Shown here piece after piece: positions 48,775 to 58,498 of a DNA stretch of 64,000 nt. A program made the position numbers and the translations under genes. Numbering within the stretch: position 1 is the first letter of the stretch; each line of letters opens with the position of its first letter. This stretch comes from Geopsychrobacteraceae bacterium. Its GTDB lineage: Bacteria; Desulfobacterota; Desulfuromonadia; Desulfuromonadales; Geopsychrobacteraceae. The DNA lies in NCBI GenBank assembly GCA_963676795.2, contig CAXXTB010000002.1, positions 1,024,001-1,088,000 on the forward strand. The letters run 5' to 3'. The notes below the pieces were generated by a model, which ran no database searches, had not been told where the DNA came from, and saw only the letters and a program-made list of their open reading frames with translations.

Positions 48775-49782
48775 ATGATGAAAAACAAGCCGGGGCGGGC
48801 ACCAAAAAAATACAGTCAGGCTGCAAGGTTGCACGATCTGATCCGAATTCTTGAATCGCGTTACGGTGCGACGGTCGATGAACTGGTTGAGGAGTGTCAA
48901 GTCACTCGACGGACAATCTATCGCGATCTTCAGGCGGTTGCTGAGGCGGGCTATCCGCTGATCAATGAGCGTCAGGATGACGGTACCGTTCTCTACAGTT
49001 TTATTTCGGGTTTCAGCAGGATACCGCCGATTACCTTTTCACTGGAAGAGCTGATGACGCTCTACTTCAGCCGAGGACAGCTGGCTTTTCTACATGGAAC
49101 CCCCTTTCAGGATGATCTTGACGCCATCTTCGCCAAGATCCGCTCGAGCCTGCCTCCGCGTAGCGTCGCTCATCTGGAGCGGATCGTCGAGGCATCCTCG
49201 CCGCGTTTTCATGGCTTCAAGGATTATGCGCATCAGCATCAACTGTTGAAAGATCTGCGTCAGGCCCTGCTCAAACAGCAGCGTTGCCGGATTGGCTACC
49301 GGCCGGCAAAGCGCAGCCCGGAAAACTACCTTGTCGATCCCTATACGCTTCTGTTCTACAAGAACGGTCTCTATATCGGTGGTTATGCGCACAACCGGAA
49401 CGATTTGCGGCTTTTCGCCATTGAGCGGATTGAGGCTCTTGAGGTTTTCGATGAACGCTTCGACCTGCCGGAAGACTATCGGGTTGGGCAATTGACCGGC
49501 ACCGCCTTTGGTTTGATCGATGAAAAAGAAACCATCGACCTTGAGCTACATTTCGGTGCTGAAATTGCCTATCTGATCGAAGAGCGTATCTGGCATCCGG
49601 CTCAAAAGCTGGTCAAAAATGCCGATGGTTCGGTTGTCTTGAGCTTCACAGCCAGTGGAGAGACCGAAATACTCTCCTGGATCTCGTCCTTCGTCCCCCA
49701 CGTCAGGATTCTTGGGCCGGAAAGCCTGAAAATCAAGTTTACAGAACAGTTGAAGGCCGCTCTCGATTTTCATAATAGTTAA
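48775..49782 (+). CDS. HTH-WYL-WCX transcriptional regulator (YafY/PafB/DriD-like)
   Basis: wHTH ELVEECQVTRRTIYRDL; WYL-like VDPYTL...LYIGG...LRLFAIERI; WCX-like WHPAQK...WISSF...ILGPESL. Confidence 0.88.
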   Translation: MMKNKPGRAPKKYSQAARLHDLIRILESRYGATVDELVEECQVTRRTIYRDLQAVAEAGYPLINERQDDGTVLYSFISGFSRIPPITFSLEELMTLYFSRGQLAFLHGTPFQDDLDAIFAKIRSSLPPRSVAHLERIVEASSPRFHGFKDYAHQHQLLKDLRQALLKQQRCRIGYRPAKRSPENYLVDPYTLLFYKNGLYIGGYAHNRNDLRLFAIERIEALEVFDERFDLPEDYRVGQLTGTAFGLIDEKETIDLELHFGAEIAYLIEERIWHPAQKLVKNADGSVVLSFTASGETEILSWISSFVPHVRILGPESLKIKFTEQLKAALDFHNS

Positions 49783-49784
49783 TG

Positions 49785-49816
49785 TGACATATTCTGTCTC
49801 TCTTGCCTGCCATCTT
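49785..49816 (+). promoter_or_regulatory. Candidate WYL operator and promoter (TGACA-N5-TGTC, then N10 and CATCTT)
   Basis: TGACATATTCTGTCTC-tcttgcctgc-CATCTT, directly after the WYL stop and upstream of gene 49847. Confidence 0.55.
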
Positions 49817-49846
49817 GGATGAAACAGATGCGCCAAGGAGGCCGTT

Positions 49847-50218
49847 ATGATCTGGATATCTGCAAATACTGAAGCTGCGAACTCGACCTACTATTTTGAA
49901 CTGAGGGATTTTGAATTGATCAGAAACGGTCAGTCCGTTAAAGCAAGGATAGACGGTCTGATCGGAAACGGCTACGCTGAATTTCCCTGTGAAGTTGAAC
50001 TGGGTCAGTCTGAAGAGGTCAGAATCTTCCCTCTCTGGTCTGAAGGCAGGGTAGAGGCTGTCCCGGAAGAACTCGATTCTGATTCTTTTACAGCGCAATT
50101 GCTCGACTCTGTACGGCAGTTCATGCCTGTCAGTTATAAATCAGAACTGCGTCGTCCTGCCTGTCAGCGCAGTGGTCTGGTGGACAGCTGGACTTTGGAT
50201 CGTATGCTGGTCGCTTAA
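49847..50218 (+). CDS. Hypothetical protein (123 aa)
   Basis: AAGGAGG RBS; fills the gap between the WYL and Maf genes; no family recognised. Confidence 0.7.
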   Translation: MIWISANTEAANSTYYFELRDFELIRNGQSVKARIDGLIGNGYAEFPCEVELGQSEEVRIFPLWSEGRVEAVPEELDSDSFTAQLLDSVRQFMPVSYKSELRRPACQRSGLVDSWTLDRMLVA

Positions 50219-50251
50219 AAACAACTGGTGGCGTAACAAAAGGACTCTCTC

Positions 50252-50845
50252 ATGCGTAAAATCGTGCTTGCCTCAACCAGTCCGTACCGCAAGCAGCTCC
50301 TCGCCCAGTTGCAGCTGCCGTTTGTGACCGCAGCTCCTGACTATGAAGAGCATATTGACCAGAATGTGGCTCCTGAGCTGCTGGTTCGTCACCTGGCTTT
50401 GGGGAAGGCCCAGAGTCTGTCGGAACGTTATCCTGATGCCTTGATTATCGGCTCAGACCAGGTTTTTGTTGATTACCGCGGCCGGACTCTCGGCAAGCCG
50501 GGCAATCATGATGTCGCTTTTGAACAGCTCCGGCAGATGGCGGGACGCAGTCACTGTTTTTACACCGGAATTGTCGTTGTTGACAGTGCCAATGGCTCAG
50601 TACATGCGGATCATGAGATCTTTACCGTAACTTTGCGACAGTTGTCTGATGAGCAGATCGAGAATTACCTGGTGCGCGAGAGGCCCTATGATTGCGCAGG
50701 CGCTTTCAAGATCGAAGGCCTTGGCATTGCCCTGATGGAAAAGCTGGCCGGTGATGATTTCAATGCTTTGATCGGACTGCCTTTGATAAAACTGGTCGGG
50801 TTGCTTCAGGAGAGCGGGGTCGATCCGCTTGTTGGTATAGTGTGA
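50252..50845 (+). CDS. Maf-family nucleoside triphosphate pyrophosphatase (YceF-like)
   Basis: LASTSPYR, KAQS, IGSDQV, LGKP, CAGAFKIEGLG, LIGLPL; Y/Q/E specificity positions resemble YceF rather than YhdE. Confidence 0.88.
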   Translation: MRKIVLASTSPYRKQLLAQLQLPFVTAAPDYEEHIDQNVAPELLVRHLALGKAQSLSERYPDALIIGSDQVFVDYRGRTLGKPGNHDVAFEQLRQMAGRSHCFYTGIVVVDSANGSVHADHEIFTVTLRQLSDEQIENYLVRERPYDCAGAFKIEGLGIALMEKLAGDDFNALIGLPLIKLVGLLQESGVDPLVGIV

Positions 50846-50902
50846 GATTGTGTTAATGGTGGTTGATTTTTGGGACGGATTGTACTAACTTCGTAAAAAA
50901 TA

Positions 50903-50991
50903 TATCTGAAGAAAAGGCAAAACCAGAGAAATCTGGTGACGCAAAACCACGGGTCCTCGATCTCAGGATAGCCGGGTTGCCGAAGAAGATA
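50903..50991 (+). ncRNA. Cyclic di-GMP-I (GEMM) riboswitch aptamer
   Basis: GGCAAAACCAGA-GAAA-TCTGGTGACGCAAAACCACGGGTCC...GGATAGCCGGGTTGCCGAA: P2 with GNRA loop, GACGCAAA junction, P3 receptor; TATCT/AGATA closing stem. Confidence 0.92.
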
Positions 50992-51031
50992 GTTGCAATC
51001 ACTACAGACTTATTTATCCCTGACTGTTTTG

Positions 51032-51068
51032 AAAACGCTCACTTCGGCTCCGAAGTGGGCGTTTTTTG
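51032..51068 (+). terminator. Riboswitch expression-platform terminator
   Basis: AAAACGCTCACTTCGG-CT-CCGAAGTGGGCGTTTTTT between the aptamer and ATG 51175. Confidence 0.85.
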
Positions 51069-51174
51069 GTTATTTTTCTCCGGATAGCAAAACGGAATCC
51101 GTTTTCTGTTACAATTGACGGGTAACGGTTTTCAGGAATATCGCTCGCGAAAGTAAGCGTGAACGGGGGCAAAA

Positions 51175-54100
51175 ATGAAAAAGTTACATGCGATTTACGG
51201 TCTTATCTTCCTGTTGTTCCTTCTGTCGCTGTCCGTGGAGTCCTGGGCAAAGACAGTCACCCTGTCCTGGGACGCCAGTCCGAGTAGTGTCACGGGATAT
51301 CGGATCTATTATGTGGCGGGTTCATCTTCTGATCTGGCCGCTGCCGCATCACCGACAGTTGTGGATGTCGGCAATGTGTTGACGTATACCTTGACCAGTC
51401 TTGACGATGCTGCCGAACACTCATTTGCGGTTACCGCCTACGATGGTTCCGGAAATGAAAGTGTCTATTCCAATGTCGTTACCAGCGCGGTTGTTTCCAC
51501 TTCAGAGGTCGACTCAATAACCAGCTCAGATGGGGAAACGAAAACGGTCACCCTTTCGTGGGACGCCAGTCCGAGCAGCGTTACCGGATACAGGATCTAC
51601 TATGTGACTGGGTCTGCGGCGGATCTTTCTGCAGCAGCAAATCCAAGTAGTGTGGATGTTGGCAACGTTCTGACTTATACCTTCTCCGGACTTGATGGTA
51701 CGGTCGATCACTCCTTCGCTGTTACCGCGTATGATAGTTCCGGCAACGAAAGTATTTATTCGAATGTGGTTACCAGTTCTTCCGTTTCATCTGAAACTAC
51801 AAATTCAGCACCCGTTCTGGCAAGTATCGGCAATAAATCCACCGCAGAAGGCTTGACCCTGAGTTTTTCACTCAGTGCTTCTGACGCCGATGGTGACAGT
51901 TTGACGTACAGTGTGAGCGGGTTGCCGACGGGGGCCTCTTTTTCATCGCAGACCGGGTCTTTCAGTTGGGTTCCAAGTTACATTCAGTCAGGAACATACA
52001 ATCTGACCTTCAGTGTTTCAGACGGTAACGCTACGGATTCTGAGACTATTGTCGTTTCAGTCAACAATATCAATCGCAGCCCTGTCCTGACGACGATTGG
52101 CAGCCGCAGTGTGGCAGAGGGAAGTGCACTATCTATTTCACTCAGTGCCAGTGACGCTGATGGTGACGACCTGATCTTTGGCGCGTCCGGGCTGCCGACC
52201 GGTGCGGTTTTTACAACTTCAAACGGAACCTTCAGTTGGACACCCGCGACAACTCAGGCCGGTAGTTATCCGGTTGTCTTCAGTGTTACGGACGGTAGTG
52301 CCAGTGACAGCGAGACTGTGACGATCACTGTATCCAATACCAATCAGGCGCCGGTTCTGAATAGCGTAGGCAACAAGACTGTGAATGAAGGTTCGGCTCT
52401 GTCTTTCACGATCAGCGGAACCGATGCGGATAATGATGCATTGACCTACTCGGCGACCGGCTTGCCGGATGGGGCGACCTTCAATCCGACGACCCGTCAG
52501 TTTAGTTGGCCGACCAGTTTTGATAATTCATCGGTTGCCAGAACCGCTACCGCGACCTTCTCCGTCACTGACGGACTGGCCACAGATTCAGAGACAATAA
52601 CAATTACCGTTGCCAACGTGAACAGGGCTCCGGTGATCAGTACGATAGGCGCCCAGACCCTCACCGAAGGGGACGACTTTACCCTGGTTGTCGAAGCATC
52701 GGACCCTGATGGCAACAGCCTGGCCTATTCAGCGTCAAACCTTCCGCAGGATTCGGTGTTCGTTGCTCTGACCCGTTCGTTCAGTTGGATTCCGGGCAAT
52801 GATCAGGCCGGGACCTATCAGGTGACCTTCAGTGTCAGTGACGGGTCCCTGACCGCCTCGCAAACCGTCAGTCTGACTGTCAATAATGGCAATGAGGCAC
52901 CAGTATTAGCACCAATTGGAGCGCAGAGCGTTGCCGAGAACAGTCTCTTGAGCCTGACCCTGTCCGCTTCTGATGAAAACAGTGACAGTCTGACCTACTC
53001 GGCAGCCGGGCTGCCTGAAGGTGCAACATTCGACTCTGCCGCCGGGCAGTTCCGCTGGACCCCGAACTTCAGTCAGGCTGGCAGTTTCTCCGTAGATTTC
53101 AGTGTCAGCGACGGCACTCTGGGCGATTCTGAAACTGTCCAGATTGTTGTCACCAATACCAATCAGGCACCGACGATCAGCGGTTCCCCCGGAACCTCTG
53201 TCATGGCGACGACAAGCTATTCTTTTGCGCCGTCAGTCAGTGATCCGGATGGAGACAGCCTCAGTTTCACCATCAGTAACAAGCCGAGCTGGGCGACCTT
53301 CGACGCTGAGACTGGTACTTTGAGCGGAACCCCGGGTGAAAGTCATATCGGGACAACCTCCAACATCCAGATCAGTGTCAGCGACGGAGCCCAGGCTGTT
53401 TCATTGCCGGCTTTCTCTCTGGACGTTGTCGCCTTTGTTTATACCGATACTGACGGCGACGGTATTACTGACGACCAGGATGCCTTCCCGAACGATGCCA
53501 GCGAGTGGCTCGATACGGACGGTGATCAGATCGGCAACAATACCGATGATGATGACGATAACGACGGGATCGCAGACAGTCGGGACGGCGCGCCGCTTGA
53601 TGCCGCATCTGCCGGCTGGATCATCACTGCGACAGCGGAAGCCGGCGGCTATATCAGCCCAGATGGAGAGAGTTCCGTTCTCTACGGCGGGTCGCAGGCC
53701 TATGCCATCACTCCGATGGCCGGTCACTATATCAGCGACGTTCTGATCGACGGCAGTTCTGTCGGGCTGATCGCTTCATATGTCTTCGAGGATGTATCTC
53801 AACATCACAGCATTACGGCCCGGTTCATTGCGATTCCTGAAGGGCTGAGCTGCGATCCGACCGAAGCTGGCCTCATCGGTGTGGCGCGCCTCGATGGTGG
53901 TTCCGACCTGAACAACTATGTCGATGGTAAGCCGAAGCAGGATCTCGATTTCCGCTTTGGCGTCACGCTGAAAGACAGCGTGACCGCTGCCGAGCGTAAG
54001 GTTTACCTGCTGCTCGATGGCTATAAGTACCAGATGACACTTGGCTCCGGGGTGTTGGCCAGCGGTGCAAGCTACAGTTTTACCACTCGCATGGGACCGT

Positions 54101-54747
54101 CGCCAAGTCACAGCTTCTATTTCGTCGCTGAGGATAATTCCGGGAATCAGCTGTGGCGTTACCCGCAGAGCGGCGAACTGACCGGCCCGGCCGTCGAATT
54201 GCTGAATGGCATGAATCTGGTCGGGGCCGCCATCAATGCCAATCCATATGGTTTGAGTGCGGACGAGGCCTTTGGCCAAAGCCAGGTATATCGCTGGATT
54301 CCTGATCAGGGCCCGAAGGGTACCTACGAACAGATCTTCAAGGGGGCGCCTGTCACCTCCGGTGAAGGCTATGTCATCAAAAAGGCATTAAATGAAACCT
54401 TGCCGGATACGCTGAACTACGGACAGATTTCCGATACTGAGTATCTGATCCCGGTCAAGGCGGGCTGGAATCTGATCAGTAACCCGTACGGCGGTAATGT
54501 CAATCTTGGCGACATCTGGGTTCAGCCTGAAGGCGGGACAGCGGTCCCCTGGTTGAGTGCTGTGGATGATAACCTCGTGGTCGATGTCATCTACTCCTAT
54601 CTGGGAGCTGACTGGGGGGGGGCAAACGAATTCTCCAGTGCCGGTGGTGCGCAACCAGCGGTTATGGTCCCCTGGATTGGTTACTGGGTCTATGCGAATA
54701 CGACCGAACAGCCGTTGTCGTTGATTCTCAAGAAGCCTTTGCAGTAA
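51175..54747 (+). CDS. Large exported repeat protein (2 FN3-like, 6 Ig/cadherin-like repeats, Asp-rich Ca-binding repeats); putative adhesin or matrix protein
   Basis: Signal peptide; KTVTLSWDASPSSVTGYRIYYV x2; NxAPVL..IG...SDxDGDxLTY...GLPxGA.F...FSWxP repeats; DTDGDG repeats; C-terminal GWNLISNPY and GYWVY. Confidence 0.85.
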   Translation: MKKLHAIYGLIFLLFLLSLSVESWAKTVTLSWDASPSSVTGYRIYYVAGSSSDLAAAASPTVVDVGNVLTYTLTSLDDAAEHSFAVTAYDGSGNESVYSNVVTSAVVSTSEVDSITSSDGETKTVTLSWDASPSSVTGYRIYYVTGSAADLSAAANPSSVDVGNVLTYTFSGLDGTVDHSFAVTAYDSSGNESIYSNVVTSSSVSSETTNSAPVLASIGNKSTAEGLTLSFSLSASDADGDSLTYSVSGLPTGASFSSQTGSFSWVPSYIQSGTYNLTFSVSDGNATDSETIVVSVNNINRSPVLTTIGSRSVAEGSALSISLSASDADGDDLIFGASGLPTGAVFTTSNGTFSWTPATTQAGSYPVVFSVTDGSASDSETVTITVSNTNQAPVLNSVGNKTVNEGSALSFTISGTDADNDALTYSATGLPDGATFNPTTRQFSWPTSFDNSSVARTATATFSVTDGLATDSETITITVANVNRAPVISTIGAQTLTEGDDFTLVVEASDPDGNSLAYSASNLPQDSVFVALTRSFSWIPGNDQAGTYQVTFSVSDGSLTASQTVSLTVNNGNEAPVLAPIGAQSVAENSLLSLTLSASDENSDSLTYSAAGLPEGATFDSAAGQFRWTPNFSQAGSFSVDFSVSDGTLGDSETVQIVVTNTNQAPTISGSPGTSVMATTSYSFAPSVSDPDGDSLSFTISNKPSWATFDAETGTLSGTPGESHIGTTSNIQISVSDGAQAVSLPAFSLDVVAFVYTDTDGDGITDDQDAFPNDASEWLDTDGDQIGNNTDDDDDNDGIADSRDGAPLDAASAGWIITATAEAGGYISPDGESSVLYGGSQAYAITPMAGHYISDVLIDGSSVGLIASYVFEDVSQHHSITARFIAIPEGLSCDPTEAGLIGVARLDGGSDLNNYVDGKPKQDLDFRFGVTLKDSVTAAERKVYLLLDGYKYQMTLGSGVLASGASYSFTTRMGPSPSHSFYFVAEDNSGNQLWRYPQSGELTGPAVELLNGMNLVGAAINANPYGLSADEAFGQSQVYRWIPDQGPKGTYEQIFKGAPVTSGEGYVIKKALNETLPDTLNYGQISDTEYLIPVKAGWNLISNPYGGNVNLGDIWVQPEGGTAVPWLSAVDDNLVVDVIYSYLGADWGGANEFSSAGGAQPAVMVPWIGYWVYANTTEQPLSLILKKPLQ

Positions 54748-54757
54748 AGGGGTTCAA

Positions 54758-55996
54758 ATGAAAAGCTCAGATAGAAAAATTAAATACCTTCTGGTTTGTT
54801 CGCTGGTTCTGGCTCTCTCTGCCTGTAGTGGCGGCGGGGGAGGCGGCGGCGATTCTTCAACGGCCTCCAAGACAACCGAGTCCTCGCCTGCTTCGGCGAC
54901 AACTCTGACCGGGACTGTCGCGGACGGCTATCTGCGGGATGCTCAGGTCTTTCTCGATCGTAATTTTAATCGGGTTTACGATAGCGGTGAGCCGATGAGC
55001 TACTCCGCGGCCGGCGGGAGTTACTCGCTCAGTGTGAATGCCGGAGATGGAGACACCTACCCGGTCGTGGCGCGGGCGATTGCGGGCCAGACTGTCGATG
55101 AGGATCTTGGCGTGACGGTCTCTGACGACTATGTTCTAGAGGCCCCTGAGGGGCGCTGGGACTTTATTTCTCCGCTGACCACGCTGGTTAAGCTGGAGAT
55201 GGACAAGAATCCCTCATTCACGGTTCAGCAGGCAGAGAATCGTATCCGCACCCAGCTGGGTGTCGACGATACGATCTCCCTGTTTGATGACTACCTGACC
55301 GGCGGAGTTGTAGAACCTGCTTCGGCACAGGAGTTTGTGAGAACCCACCAGGTTGCCCGGGTCGTCGCCGCGTTGATGGGCAGCATCCGTTCCGATGTGA
55401 CCCAGAATCTCGGTGGGTTGATCAACGACTCCGATCAGCCGCTGGTCTCCTATCTGATCAGTGACCAGGTTATGGCCCAGGCTGCAACCATCCAGGCTGC
55501 GGTCAATAACGAGCGAAATGGCGGAGACAGTGTCGACGTCGATAGCCTGATGGCCAGCCTAGAGGACGCTATAGATACGACAGATCTGAACGCAGATCTG
55601 CTGGCTCGCTATGAAGAACGCCAGGAGCAGAATCTTGATGAATGGGATATGCATGCGCCCGCGCTTATCAGTCAAGAACCGCCTGCCGACGATACGGCCT
55701 CAATCGACGTGGTTATCGAAGCCGGTTTCGACGAGGCGCTCGATCAGGCTTCGCTTACTTCTGGCGCAATGAGCCTGGTAGGACCTTCGGGGGGCGTTGC
55801 CGGCACCCTTGAGTATGATGCGGAACAGAAGATCCTGTCCTTCACTCCGGACGCCTACCTGTTGCCAGATTCGACTTACCAGGTCATTCTGTCTGCATCG
55901 ATCAGCGATGAACTGGGAAATACCCTTGGTGATGATGTGAGCTGGACTTTTACCACGATCTTTGACCAGTTGCCGCCGGATCTTCCCGACTTCTGA
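54758..55996 (+). CDS. Lipoprotein with C-terminal SbsA/Big_5-like Ig domain
   Basis: Lipobox LSAC then poly-Gly; ADGYLRDAQVFLDRN; ISPLTT; C-terminal FTP...LLPDSTYQV...ISDELGNTL...WTFTT. Confidence 0.82.
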   Translation: MKSSDRKIKYLLVCSLVLALSACSGGGGGGGDSSTASKTTESSPASATTLTGTVADGYLRDAQVFLDRNFNRVYDSGEPMSYSAAGGSYSLSVNAGDGDTYPVVARAIAGQTVDEDLGVTVSDDYVLEAPEGRWDFISPLTTLVKLEMDKNPSFTVQQAENRIRTQLGVDDTISLFDDYLTGGVVEPASAQEFVRTHQVARVVAALMGSIRSDVTQNLGGLINDSDQPLVSYLISDQVMAQAATIQAAVNNERNGGDSVDVDSLMASLEDAIDTTDLNADLLARYEERQEQNLDEWDMHAPALISQEPPADDTASIDVVIEAGFDEALDQASLTSGAMSLVGPSGGVAGTLEYDAEQKILSFTPDAYLLPDSTYQVILSASISDELGNTLGDDVSWTFTTIFDQLPPDLPDF

Positions 55997-56025
55997 CAGG
56001 AATTGCAGATCACTTGAAAAAATTC

Positions 56026-56053
56026 AAAAGGCCGGAAGCAACCTCCGGCCTTT
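56026..56053. terminator. Terminator between convergent genes
   Basis: AAAAGGCCGGA-AGCAACC-TCCGGCCTTT. Confidence 0.75.
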
Positions 56054-56058
56054 CGTCG

Positions 56059-57369
56059 TCAGTCTTCGCTGTGATCCTTGATCAGCCGCCGTTTGATTCT
56101 GCGCGTGAGATACCAGATGGAGATAACCACAACCGGGATGCAGGCAGCGGTCAGGACATTCTTGCTCAGTCCCCAGTCTTTCAGCGGCAGCCCGTTGAAC
56201 AGGTAGCTGAGCAGGCCGACCGCATAGTAGCTGATCGCCGCAATCGAGAGCCCTTCGACCGTCTCCTGAAGACGGAACTGCAGCTTGCTGCGGCGGTTCA
56301 TGTCTTCCAGATGATAACGGTTGTGTTCCTGGAGTTTCAGATTGGCCCTTGTCCGCATCAGGTCGCTGGCTCTCTCGATCCGTTTGGACAGGTCGTCCAT
56401 CCAGATCTGAACCGCTTCGCAGGTCCTGGCGGCCGGATTCAGCCTGCGGTTGATGAATTCGCTCAGGGACGGGTAGCCGATGACACAGCCTTCCTGCAGT
56501 CCTTCGAGACGGTCCAGCACCAGCTGGTGGTAGGCCTTGGTCGCAGCGAAACGCTGATTTGATTCGGCCCGGTAGCTCTCAAGGCGGGCTTCGACCCTGG
56601 TGATCTTTTCGAGCAGCTCTTTTTCGCTGTTGGTGTCGTCCAGGTTGGTGATAACGGTCAGTATTTCAGCCAGCTGTTTGTCCATGATCAGCAGCTGGGG
56701 GGCAATCTTTTTGGCGATCGGCAACGACATCAGGGTCAGCAGGCGATAGGTCTCCAGGTCGATCAGGCGCCTGACCAGCTGTCCGGCCTGTGCTTTGTTC
56801 AGGCTGTTGTTGTGAACGACAAAGCGGGAAAAACCGTCACCGTGAAGTTTGAATGAGGTGAAGATCTGTGATCCGTCCCCAAAACCGAGGCTGCTGATGA
56901 TCGGATGCCCTTCGAAATATCGGGTGAGGACGGGGGGCGAGACGTCAAAATCTTGTTGGCCAACGATCAGGTGAAAGGCCGCTATAACGCTTCCCGGCAG
57001 CTTGCGCATCCAGTCTTCAGGGAGCAGGTCAATCGCCGTATAGTGAAATGGATTGTCCGGGTTGAGTCCCGGTTGCATGATCGTCAGCGAGTAGAACTCG
57101 GCATGGCGTTCCCAGTGAACGACAAATTCTCCGAAGTTTTCATGGAACGCAACCGTATCAGGTTGGGGCGCATTGATCTGATAACGGCGGCAGAGTTCAC
57201 AGAGCCACTGATAGGCTTCAGCCAGATCTGTCGGATCCTCACAGGTCGCTGCCAGGTGAGAGATCTGGTGTGGTGCTGACAGCTCATAAAAGGGGCGTGT
57301 ATGCAGCTCGTTGTAAAGAGCTTCCCGGTATGGATGCAGTTTGTAGACGATTCGATCTTGTCCGGTCAT
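56059..57369 (-). CDS. DUF3422-family membrane-anchored protein
   Basis: HPYREALYNELHTRPF, WERHAEF, ETYRLL, RFAATKAY, QFRLQETVEGLSIAAISYY, two C-terminal TM. Confidence 0.85.
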   Translation of the reverse strand: MTGQDRIVYKLHPYREALYNELHTRPFYELSAPHQISHLAATCEDPTDLAEAYQWLCELCRRYQINAPQPDTVAFHENFGEFVVHWERHAEFYSLTIMQPGLNPDNPFHYTAIDLLPEDWMRKLPGSVIAAFHLIVGQQDFDVSPPVLTRYFEGHPIISSLGFGDGSQIFTSFKLHGDGFSRFVVHNNSLNKAQAGQLVRRLIDLETYRLLTLMSLPIAKKIAPQLLIMDKQLAEILTVITNLDDTNSEKELLEKITRVEARLESYRAESNQRFAATKAYHQLVLDRLEGLQEGCVIGYPSLSEFINRRLNPAARTCEAVQIWMDDLSKRIERASDLMRTRANLKLQEHNRYHLEDMNRRSKLQFRLQETVEGLSIAAISYYAVGLLSYLFNGLPLKDWGLSKNVLTAACIPVVVISIWYLTRRIKRRLIKDHSED

Positions 57370-57460
57370 TCGCTAGTTCCTTGGGCTTAAATAGGCCCGG
57401 AATCCTGGTACTCTAGAAAACATATCACAAATATCACGATTGCCGCTGAATCAGGTGAAC

Positions 57461-58498
57461 TCAGGAAAAGGTTCTGTTCTCCTGTTCCTGAACGCGGATA
57501 AAGGTGGTCCGTTTGGTCAGTTCTTTCAGCGCGGATGCACCGACATAGGTGCAGGTTGAGCGAACACCGCCGAGAATATCCTTCACCGTATCGGCAACCG
57601 GGCCGCGGTAGGGGACTTCAACGGTTTTTCCTTCGGATGCGCGGTATTCGGCAACGCCGCCCGAATGCTTGTCCATTGCGGTTTCTGAACTCATGCCGTA
57701 GAACAGCTTGTACTGCTGTCCGCCTCTTTCGATCAGTTGACCGCCGCTCTCGTCATGGCCGGCAAACATGCCACCGAGCATGACGAAATCAGCGCCCCCG
57801 CCGAACGCCTTGGAGACGTCTCCGGCACAGACACAGCCGCCGTCGGAGATGATTCTGCCGCCCAGACCGTGAGCGGCATCGGCGCATTCGATAACGGCCG
57901 AGAGCTGCGGATAGCCGACCCCGGTTTTGACCCTTGTGGTACAGACCGAGCCCGGTCCGATCCCGACCTTGACGACGTCAGCTCCGGAGATGATCAGCTC
58001 CTCGACCATTTCGCCGGTGACGACATTGCCGGCGATAATCGTTATATCCGGATACTTTTCCCTGCAGCGCTGGACGAATTCGACGAAGGCTTCGGCGTAG
58101 CCGTTGGCCACGTCAATACAGATAAACTGGATTTTCGGCCAGGCCTGAAGGATTTTAGCGAGCATCTCGAAGTCGCTTTCCGCCGTCCCGGTACTGGCCA
58201 TGATGGAGTTGTAGATGGCGTCGTTCCTGTCCGTGAGAAAAGCTTGCCATTGCTCCAGATTGTAATGTTTGTGGATGGCGGTGAGAAGTTTGTATTCGGC
58301 CAGAACCGAGGCCAGCTCAAAGGTTCCGACGGTATCCATATTGGCTGCGATGATCGGCACCCCGGTCCACTCTTTCCGGCTGTGCAGAAAGGTAAAGGTC
58401 CGCTCCATGGTCACCTGGGCACGGCTTTTAAGGGTTGAGCGCTTAGGACGAATCAGAACATCTTTGAATCCCAGTTTCAGGTCTGCTTCAATACGCAT
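57461..58498 (-). CDS. guaC: GMP reductase (E. coli-like type)
   Basis: [67 protein letters not shown]. Confidence 0.95.
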   Translation of the reverse strand: MRIEADLKLGFKDVLIRPKRSTLKSRAQVTMERTFTFLHSRKEWTGVPIIAANMDTVGTFELASVLAEYKLLTAIHKHYNLEQWQAFLTDRNDAIYNSIMASTGTAESDFEMLAKILQAWPKIQFICIDVANGYAEAFVEFVQRCREKYPDITIIAGNVVTGEMVEELIISGADVVKVGIGPGSVCTTRVKTGVGYPQLSAVIECADAAHGLGGRIISDGGCVCAGDVSKAFGGGADFVMLGGMFAGHDESGGQLIERGGQQYKLFYGMSSETAMDKHSGGVAEYRASEGKTVEVPYRGPVADTVKDILGGVRSTCTYVGASALKELTKRTTFIRVQEQENRTFS

